A DNA stretch of 64,000 nucleotides, from positions 2,267,353 through 2,331,352 of the forward strand of contig OY762508.1 of the NCBI GenBank assembly GCA_963665975.1, in the 5' to 3' direction. This stretch comes from Rhodothermales bacterium (lineage in GTDB: Bacteria; Bacteroidota; Rhodothermia; Rhodothermales; Bin80). Of this stretch, positions 30,349 through 37,679 are shown piece after piece (the stretch's first letter is position 1; every line of letters starts with the position of its first letter). The notes below the pieces were generated by a model that worked only from the letters and a program-made list of their open reading frames with translations, was not told the origin of the DNA and did not search any database. The position numbers and the translations under genes are program-made.

Positions 30349-30449
30349 CTCTTCCTATTCGGGAAGCTAACGAGGAGGATGTGCCGTCAATGATCGTCTG
30401 CAACACCAAGTTCTGCCCGTTTATGACTTAATCAGATTCCCCTAAGTTG

Positions 30450-31103
30450 ATGAAGCTAGAGTTCAGCACAGAGAAAGCCCTGATCTTTAGAATTACGCAT
30501 ATTAATAATGTGCCTTGGATTCTGGAGAATGGGTTGCACTGTTCGAATTCAGAACAATTAGACCCATCCTTTGAGAGTATAGGGAATCCAGAACTGATAA
30601 CTAAACGCCGAACACGAGCCGTTACCATTCCACCTCACGGAAGTCTTTCCAATTATATTTCATTTTATTTCACGCCTTTTTCAATGATGATGTATAATAT
30701 AGTGACTGGCTGGGCGGGGATTAGGCAACGGTCGAATTCAGAAATCGTGATAATGACAACGTCTTTGCAGGAACTGGCCAAGAACGGGATCGCGGTGGTG
30801 TACACGGATAGGCATGCTTATCTGCAAACGGCGCGATTTTTCTCATCGATGAATGATCTCGACAATCTTGCTTGGGAGCTCTGGGAGGCAAGGGATTTCA
30901 AACGTGATTTTGACAATCCAGAAAAGACAGATCGATACCAAGCTGAAGCACTTATTCATAAGCACTTGCCTATTGAGTTTTTGTCGTGTATTGCGTGCAG
31001 TAATGAAGACACAGCACGGACCCTTCAGGGAATGAAGAAGTTAGCAGGAGTTGAACTGGAGATCGTCACACAACCGGACTGGTACTTCAAATGCTGTCGT
31101 TGA
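30450..31103 (+). CDS. darT: DarT, DUF4433-family ssDNA ADP-ribosyltransferase toxin
   Basis: ORF 30447..31103. The sequence is colinear with DarT hallmarks as I remember them: IFRITHINNVPWILENGL, YISFYFTPFSMMMYNI, VYTDRHAY, DRYQAEALIHKHLP (catalytic Glu context) and the C-terminal QPDWYF. Confidence 0.85.
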   Translation: MKLEFSTEKALIFRITHINNVPWILENGLHCSNSEQLDPSFESIGNPELITKRRTRAVTIPPHGSLSNYISFYFTPFSMMMYNIVTGWAGIRQRSNSEIVIMTTSLQELAKNGIAVVYTDRHAYLQTARFFSSMNDLDNLAWELWEARDFKRDFDNPEKTDRYQAEALIHKHLPIEFLSCIACSNEDTARTLQGMKKLAGVELEIVTQPDWYFKCCR

Positions 31104-32188
31104 GGGAGGGAAATTTGCTCGACGCCGACGTTGAGGCAGTCGTTAACACCGTTAACACTGTGGGTGTCATGGGCAAGGGGATCGCTCTCATGTTCAAGGA
31201 GCGATACCCCAGAAATTTCGCCGCTTATGCGCGCGCCTGCAAGAGCGGTGAGGTTCGAATCGGCAGGATATTCGCTACGGATACCGAAGACCTGTTCGGT
31301 CCCAGGTGGATTCTTAACTTCCCGACAAAGAACCACTGGCGCGCGAGAACTCGCTTGGAATGGGTAGAGCAAGGATTGGAGGATCTCGTTCGAGTTATCA
31401 AAGAGAAGAATATCCGTTCGATCGCTGTTCCGCCGCTCGGGTGCGGCAATGGTCGTCTTGACTGGCGCGACGTGAAGCCGCTGATCATTGCTGCGCTGGA
31501 GGATATTGACGGTCTCGACGCGTTTGTCTACTCTCCAACAACAGAGTATCAGAATGTTGTCAAGCCGAGAGGCGTCCAAAAACTCACCCCAGCTCGTGCG
31601 CTCATGGCGGAGATGGTGCGCAGGTACTGTTTGATCGGCATCGATTGTTCGATCCTAGAAGTGCAGAAGCTTGCTTGGTTTATTGATCGGGGCATCAGGC
31701 GCATGGGCTTTGGTAATCTGCTGAGATTGAATTTCAGCGCAAATAAGTACGGTCCCTACTCACATAATCTCACAAAACTACTCGACAACCTTGATGGCAG
31801 TTACCTACGATGCAGAAAGCGTCTGGCTGACGCTAAGCCGGACGACTTCATCTGGTTTAATGAGGAAAAGAAGGATTTCGTAAAGGCCTACCTGAACTCG
31901 ATGGATAAGCCTGATAAGCGTGTTGTGGAATGGGTTTCTGACACCATTGACGGATTTGAGTCACCGTATGGCATGGAACTCTTAGGGACTGTTGATTGGC
32001 TTGTAGAAAGGGAAGGGACTGAACCCACAACTGCTCGCATCTTGGAGGAACTTCACAACTGGTTAGGGGGAGAGGCTGCTGGTCGCCGCAAGGCGCGCAT
32101 CTTCGATCAGCGTTCGATCGATCTGGCACTGGATCAACTGAGGCGCGCAAGACTCAATAATACCGCATTGTTTGGGACATCTTGTTGA
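31091..32188 (+). CDS. darG: DarG, macrodomain antitoxin (ADP-ribosyl glycohydrolase) with a C-terminal DarT-associated domain
   Basis: 365 aa. It overlaps darT by 13 nt. The N-terminal macrodomain is GNLLDADVEAVVNTVNTVGVMGKGIALMFKERYP ... IAVPPLGCGNGRLDW. Confidence 0.85.
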   Translation: MLSLREGNLLDADVEAVVNTVNTVGVMGKGIALMFKERYPRNFAAYARACKSGEVRIGRIFATDTEDLFGPRWILNFPTKNHWRARTRLEWVEQGLEDLVRVIKEKNIRSIAVPPLGCGNGRLDWRDVKPLIIAALEDIDGLDAFVYSPTTEYQNVVKPRGVQKLTPARALMAEMVRRYCLIGIDCSILEVQKLAWFIDRGIRRMGFGNLLRLNFSANKYGPYSHNLTKLLDNLDGSYLRCRKRLADAKPDDFIWFNEEKKDFVKAYLNSMDKPDKRVVEWVSDTIDGFESPYGMELLGTVDWLVEREGTEPTTARILEELHNWLGGEAAGRRKARIFDQRSIDLALDQLRRARLNNTALFGTSC

Positions 32189-32914
32189 TGAACTTACTTG
32201 GGAGAAAACGCGTCAGTTCAACGCGAGACTAAAGGGGGCACATTGGAGTCCCTGTGATCGCCGGTACGGGGTTCAGGGCCGTTGATCACAGCTTCCATCG
32301 TGGCAATTCCTTTATTGTAGACGCACGATGGAGCCGGACTGAGACCCGGAACGAAGCGACGGAAGAGCTACTGAATCCTACGGATCAGCGAGCCAAGCCC
32401 TGACCCTGCTATACTTCCCTGCACACGGCTTTATCCGCTCTTAGATATTCATCAGTAGTCATAGTCTGTCCTGCTTTGCACACCATCCTTGCATCACGGC
32501 CCCTTTTTCGACGGGAATAACTCCGCGTCTTCAGTAATATGGGCCCATCTCGCCACCCTTACGGCCCAACCTGCCTCTTGAGAGGTATCAGTTGGGTTGT
32601 TTGAGCCACTGGCAGGGCTGTCCCATACGGGCGGACAGTCGAGATTCGCGATGACAGATTCGAGATTGCTCGGCGTTCACACGTTCCGGCCCGCATGGGC
32701 TCAGAGCCTCCCATTCAGCCCGTTAACCAACGGGGCTTCACACCTTGTCGTTACCTATATAATATGCTTTGATCGCTACCTACTGGGTGACAAGTGGTGC
32801 GGTATAACAGGACTCTAGGTTCAGCGAATGTTACGTTGTCGTTTGATGTCTTGCCCTATCTAGAAACGAAAGCACCTCATGTGAACTCGACTTGTTTCTT
32901 GTTCTACTATACTA

Positions 32915-33418
32915 TTACGGGGCGTCCCACGGTTTCCAACGGGGTATCCAACGTGGCACGTTTGCCTTGTAACGCCGAAAACTGTCGCCGAACCGCTTTT
33001 CAAGGCCAGGCTCCTCTACCAATAAGAAGAAGACTGTGCAGAGCAGAAAAAAGACGCACATCCAACCAAGTAAGTACCATGAGCCCAGGAGTACCGATTC
33101 GGCCGCGAGCAAGAGAAGCACGCCCGTAATCATGGGATTGCGGACATATCGGTAGGGTCCTCGGATCACCAGTTTCGTCGGCGGTGCCCATGGCGCAGGC
33201 GTACCCTTGCCAGTCGTCCAAAACAGGCGTACAGTCCGGACAGCAAGTGTGAAACCGAAAACCGCCAACAGCAGGCCGACCCAGAAACGGGATTGTGATG
33301 GGTCTGCCGGTATTACAGCTCCCGGCTTGTCACTCCACAGCCAAAGCACCACACCCGGAATATAAACGAGGGCTGTGCCCGGAAGGATGAATATGGCCTT
33401 GATCAATTCACGTCTCAT
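32915..33418 (-). CDS. isoprenylcysteine carboxyl methyltransferase (ICMT)/phospholipid methyltransferase-family membrane protein
   Basis: 167 aa with about 4 hydrophobic helices. It has the signature LVIRGPYRYVRNPMITGVLLLLAAE ... EEPGLEKRFGDSFRRYKANVPRW. Confidence 0.75.
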   Translation of the reverse strand: MRRELIKAIFILPGTALVYIPGVVLWLWSDKPGAVIPADPSQSRFWVGLLLAVFGFTLAVRTVRLFWTTGKGTPAPWAPPTKLVIRGPYRYVRNPMITGVLLLLAAESVLLGSWYLLGWMCVFFLLCTVFFLLVEEPGLEKRFGDSFRRYKANVPRWIPRWKPWDAP

Positions 33419-33439
33419 AATGTCCTTAGTGCAACGTTT

Positions 33440-33718
33440 TTTTGGACTCCACCAGACCTTGTCTCTTCAAGTAGTGCTTGCTAATCCATTGCATACTCTC
33501 GAGCCTGTTCCAGTGTTTTGCCGAAGATATTGGGTGTGCGGTTCGCTTGTTCCAGCCGCACACTGATTTCCTCGTTTGCTCAGCCGGGAACGTACTGGCT
33601 GTTATTTATGCTCAGTGCTGCCTGACTCACCGTTTTCAGTCCTTGATCGTTCGCCGGAGACGATCTCTAACACGACACTGGTCTTGAGGTCTGCAGAAAA
33701 GGAGGGACGTTTTGCCAT
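33440..33718 (-). pseudogene. decayed IS3-family orfA (HTH transposase) remnant
   Basis: Hand translation of the reverse strand from ATG 33718 gives MAKRPSFSADLKTSVVLEIVSGERS, then stop and frameshift. A second frame continues ...LKTVSQAALSINNSQYVPG*ANEEISVRLEQANRTPNIFGKTLEQAREYAMD. This resembles the IS3/IS911 OrfA layout (KR-x-FS-x-E-x-K ... leucine-zipper tail). No orfB is present. Confidence 0.4.
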
Positions 33719-33944
33719 GGTACATGTCCTGATTTGGTGATCGAAAATCTACTATTTCCTGCTAAGCAATGTGTCCTGGGAAAAAGAACCACTACAAACT
33801 GCAACTTGCCCACGAGCAACCTGCGGATCATGCAACGGCCCGTTTCAACAAAAGCGGGCAGCTAGCGCATGGCCATTTCGCAATTGACTCGGCTGGTATT
33901 GATCCCGAGCCAACACGAACCCGGCCGCAATACATACGAGCACG

Positions 33945-34745
33945 CTAACCGGATCGCCGGGATCTGCGGTCGCGATCCGTGCGGCCCGTGGTGGCATCTG
34001 AAAGATCCAGGCCAATGCCAAAGGTCGCTTGATGCCCTTCGCTACCAGGAGAGATTGCAAGCATGAGCTGATTGCCGGTCCGACGGAAAATGCCGTCGTT
34101 GGGGTTTCGGGTACTGCGCGCGCCACGTGCTGCATACGGCGGCTGGGCATGCACCTGATCGGTTAGTGCGTCGTCGAAGTAGAGTTGCGAAGTGAACTCG
34201 TAGGCGTTGGTTTGCGCTACCTGCGTGCGGATCTTGAAATGGATGTGCACCGCACGGCCCCTATACCAACCCGGATAAATTGTCGTGAATCGCGCCGCGC
34301 CGTGTTTATCGGTAAGCTGATATCCACGAAGGAATTTCTGGCTACTCAGGTTCCCTCCTGCACTCCGATCCCGAAATGCCGAGTATCGGCCATCGGCATC
34401 GCATTGCCAAATGTCCACTCTGGCGCCAGGTAGCGGTGCACACTCTTGGTTGTCAACCCGGGAAACCTGGAATGTCAATTGTAGCGGCAAGCCAGGCATG
34501 GGGGTTCCAGTCGAAGGCTCTGTTCGAATATCGGACCGGTCAAGTTCGTGATCGGTAAAGAAGGGTCCCTCGGTCTGCTCAGGACGTACGACGCAGGATG
34601 GCAACGGTACCCCACTCGCGAAAGCCAACCGGTTACCTGCGCGGTCGCCGGATATTGCCAGTAAGGCGGCCCCAGCCGCGCCGATGACCTGTATGATCTC
34701 GCGTCGGCTCAATATCCTGCCGACCGGCATATCGTCCAAATCCAT
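33945..34745 (-). CDS. intradiol ring-cleavage dioxygenase family protein, Tat-signal
   Basis: ORF 33945..34802. The likely start is MDLDDMPVGRILSRREIIQVIGAAGAALLA (34745). Motifs seen: PEQTEGPFF, ARVDIWQCDADGRYS, YPGWYRGRAVHIHFKI. Confidence 0.8.
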   Translation of the reverse strand: MDLDDMPVGRILSRREIIQVIGAAGAALLAISGDRAGNRLAFASGVPLPSCVVRPEQTEGPFFTDHELDRSDIRTEPSTGTPMPGLPLQLTFQVSRVDNQECAPLPGARVDIWQCDADGRYSAFRDRSAGGNLSSQKFLRGYQLTDKHGAARFTTIYPGWYRGRAVHIHFKIRTQVAQTNAYEFTSQLYFDDALTDQVHAQPPYAARGARSTRNPNDGIFRRTGNQLMLAISPGSEGHQATFGIGLDLSDATTGRTDRDRRSRRSG

Positions 34746-34877
34746 GATTTCTCGCGGTGTTGGTTCGCCTGGGCAGGTATATGCCGCCGGTGGCGACAAC
34801 ATAAAGTCGAGACAGAGTCTTGGGATATAGACGAGTCTTCAGATCAGGACATTCCGTATACCCCAAGCAGATCCTCG

Positions 34878-36212
34878 TCATACCCTCCAGGGACCGCGCA
34901 TGGGACGCGTGAGCAGGGCCGAAGCCTCGGCATCGCCAATGATCTCTTCCCGCTTTGGGTCCCAGGTCAGGGAGCGGCCCAACCGTATGGAGATCTCGGA
35001 GAGAAGGCAGGCGGTTAGCGCACTGTGGCCTATTTCGACATCGCAGATCGGGCGCTGGCGCGTCTTTACACAGTTGAGGAAGTCCCTCCTGTGATCATCA
35101 CTCCTATACAGGTGCGTGTCGCTTGCTTTCATTTCCAGGCTTAGCAAACGCTCGTCCGAGGCCCAGATGTCTCTTCTATTGACGCCTACCCAGCCTTCGG
35201 TGCCAATAAACTGTACCATGCCCTGGTGAGGGCCTTCCTTCTTGATGACGGGAATGTCTCCGTCATAGAGGAGGATCAGTTCGCTCTCGTCCGTCTCCGA
35301 AGCGGTGATGACCTTGATCGGGCCACTGCCGTCCTGCCCCAATCCCCAGTGGGCAATGTCGAAGTTGTGGGCACCCCAGTCGCTGATATGCCCGGCGGAA
35401 TAGGGGCGCCATGCGCGCCAGGTGCCCGTCTCGGCATTGTAACCCCCGCTAACCCTTTCCGGGTGGTAGGGTGCCTGTGGGGCGTTGCCGAGCCACAGTT
35501 CGTAGAGGAATCCATCCGGCACGGGCTCCGGGCCCAGCGGGCACGGTTTGGAAATCCCGCCGACCCGCGCATAAACCTTCTGGATATCACCCAGATACCC
35601 ATTGCGCGCGAGTTCACAGGCATGACGAAACAATGCATCTGAGCGCTGCTGACTGCCGGTCTGGAACACGCGGTCGTACTTGCGAACGGCGCGGACCATC
35701 TTGCGTCCCTCATAGATTGTTCTCGCAAGTGGCTTTTCGCTGTACATGTCCTTCTTGGCCCGTGCGGCAGCGATGGCCATATACGCATGCCAGTGATCGG
35801 GCAAGGCCAGGCACACCGCGTCAATATCGTCTCGCTCCAGCACCTGCCAGAAGAACGCATAGGCGTCGCAGCCCTGAAATGTGGCGTCCGCGCCGCGCTC
35901 GGTATAGGTGTCGTCCACGAATTGGCGCGCTGGCTCCCTACCCTTCATGCCACGCCCTGCGTAGTTATCGCCAGCCTCGTTTACGTCACACACTGCAAGC
36001 ACCTGCACATCCGGCTTTTCGATAAAGCCCCGCAGGTTGCTCATTCCCATGCTGCCCATCCCGATGAAGCCCATCGTAATGCGGTCACTGGGCGCGGTGA
36101 AGCCTCCACGTCCGAGCGCCGAAGCCGGAATGACCGTGGGAAGCGCCGCAGCGCCGGCAAAAAGCCCCATGCGCTTGACAAATGAACGCCGGTTGAGAAA
36201 ACGGTTAGTCAT
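34878..36212 (-). CDS. Gfo/Idh/MocA family oxidoreductase with a twin-arginine signal
   Basis: 444 aa. The N-terminus is MTNRFLNRRSFVKRMGLFAGAAALP. The Rossmann motif is GFIGMGSMG. It has the EKPLA catalytic-region motif. Confidence 0.85.
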   Translation of the reverse strand: MTNRFLNRRSFVKRMGLFAGAAALPTVIPASALGRGGFTAPSDRITMGFIGMGSMGMSNLRGFIEKPDVQVLAVCDVNEAGDNYAGRGMKGREPARQFVDDTYTERGADATFQGCDAYAFFWQVLERDDIDAVCLALPDHWHAYMAIAAARAKKDMYSEKPLARTIYEGRKMVRAVRKYDRVFQTGSQQRSDALFRHACELARNGYLGDIQKVYARVGGISKPCPLGPEPVPDGFLYELWLGNAPQAPYHPERVSGGYNAETGTWRAWRPYSAGHISDWGAHNFDIAHWGLGQDGSGPIKVITASETDESELILLYDGDIPVIKKEGPHQGMVQFIGTEGWVGVNRRDIWASDERLLSLEMKASDTHLYRSDDHRRDFLNCVKTRQRPICDVEIGHSALTACLLSEISIRLGRSLTWDPKREEIIGDAEASALLTRPMRGPWRV

Positions 36213-36352
36213 CGGGGGACCTCATGTTGCATTGCAGGATCACGAGTTACAAAGACAATATAGAACTTTGCTTGTATCCCTGGGTGCTGTTGCCTGCGCC
36301 TTTGCCACTCCGTACTTTGAGCACTTCTTCGCAATCTGACTGACCAGATATC

Positions 36353-37234
36353 ATGCCCAATCCATGGACGGGTGTCGGCAATCCGTATACGCGCCAGGAA
36401 GTCCTGGACCGACTCCATGCGTCGCTTGACAAGGGAGAGCCCATTATCGTCGCCGGGGCGGGGACTGGAATCAGCGCCAAGTTTATTGAGAAAGGCGGCG
36501 CTGACATGCTGATCATTTACAACTCCGGTCGCTTCCGCATGGCGGGGCACGGATCTACTGCTGGTCTGATGGCTTATGGCGATGCCAACGCAGTAGCGAT
36601 GGAAATTGGCGAATTCGAAGTGCTTCCCGTAGTCGAGGAGATTCCCGTCATCTGTGGAGTCCATGCTTCCGACCCACGGCGGCGCATGTGGCATCATTTG
36701 CTCGCGGTGAAGGCGATGGGATTCAGCGGGATCAACAATTTTCCGACCCATGCCATCGTGGACGGGCTATTCCGACAGATCCTCGAAGAAACGGGCATGA
36801 GCGTCCAGCATGAAATCGACATGATAGCGTTGGCGCAAAAGCAGGGCATTGAGTTATTCTCCATCGTATATGTCGCCACGCCGGACGAGTCTCGCCGAAT
36901 GGCGGAAGCCGGCGCGGATGTCATCATAGCCCACGTGGGCACCACGATTGGGGGGTCTATTGGTGTTACGGGAGCGACGTGCACCCTTGAAGAGGCAGCT
37001 GCTCGGACGCAGGGTATCATCGACGCCGCAAAGAGCGTGCGAAAGGATCTGATATTTCTCAGCCATGGAGGCCCGATCAGCACGCCGGATGATGCGGCCT
37101 ACATCAATGAGCATACGGGAGCCATGGGCTTTGTCGGGGCGTCGAGTTTGGAGCGCATGGGAGTGGAGCAGTCTCTTACAGATCTCACGCACTCCTTCAA
37201 ACAGATTCCGTGCCCTGCAGCCAGAAACCGTTGA
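36353..37234 (+). CDS. phosphoenolpyruvate hydrolase-like TIM-barrel family protein (PF09370-type)
   Basis: 293 aa. Motifs seen: IIVAGAGTGISAKFIEKGGADMLIIYNSGRFRMAG ... GINNFPT ... DVIIAHVGTTIGG. This matches my memory of the family. No UPF0261 partner is adjacent. Confidence 0.7.
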   Translation: MPNPWTGVGNPYTRQEVLDRLHASLDKGEPIIVAGAGTGISAKFIEKGGADMLIIYNSGRFRMAGHGSTAGLMAYGDANAVAMEIGEFEVLPVVEEIPVICGVHASDPRRRMWHHLLAVKAMGFSGINNFPTHAIVDGLFRQILEETGMSVQHEIDMIALAQKQGIELFSIVYVATPDESRRMAEAGADVIIAHVGTTIGGSIGVTGATCTLEEAAARTQGIIDAAKSVRKDLIFLSHGGPISTPDDAAYINEHTGAMGFVGASSLERMGVEQSLTDLTHSFKQIPCPAARNR

Positions 37235-37240
37235 TTACAC

Positions 37241-37654
37241 ATGCCATATTTTTTTCCGCAAGACGCTCTGCACCAGGAACCCGTCGCGCAGGGACTCAAT
37301 GAATGGATTAACTATCCATCTGTGGATGCCCAATGCCCCGGTCTCTTTGCTGCTCGCGCGACGATAGCTCCGGACATGGGCCACGACTTTCACCTGCATC
37401 CGGGCCGTGAGGAAATCATCTACGTACTGCAGGGTGCCATTGAGCAGTGGGTAGGTCGCGAGCGGCGCATATTGCGGGTGGGAGACACGGCCCTTGTTCC
37501 TTCGGGAAGAGTGCACGCTTCCTTTAACGTGGGTGCGACGGAAGCGGTGTTGTTCGTGGTGCTGACTCCCGCTGCCTCGGACGAGCCGCTTGCGATCGAT
37601 GTCTCCGCAGAGGCTCCGTGGAATACGCTACGTGCGGAATCCGACGCTACTTGA
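37241..37654 (+). CDS. cupin domain protein
   Basis: 137 aa. The cupin motifs are HDFHLHPGREEIIYVLQG and GDTALVPSGRVHASFNVG. It starts 7 nt after the preceding gene. Confidence 0.75.
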   Translation: MPYFFPQDALHQEPVAQGLNEWINYPSVDAQCPGLFAARATIAPDMGHDFHLHPGREEIIYVLQGAIEQWVGRERRILRVGDTALVPSGRVHASFNVGATEAVLFVVLTPAASDEPLAIDVSAEAPWNTLRAESDAT

Positions 37655-37679
37655 CCGCAACCCCTGACGGACAACTACC

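Noticed and set aside
29864-30446. Integrase or its remnant next to tRNA-Ala (ORFs 30018..30305- and 30046..30315+), and a direct repeat of the tRNA 3' end marking attR
   Set aside because: The two ORFs overlap each other and show no tyrosine-recombinase motifs. I could not find a second copy of TTCGACTCCGCTTAGCTCCA by eye. The island boundaries therefore remain approximate.
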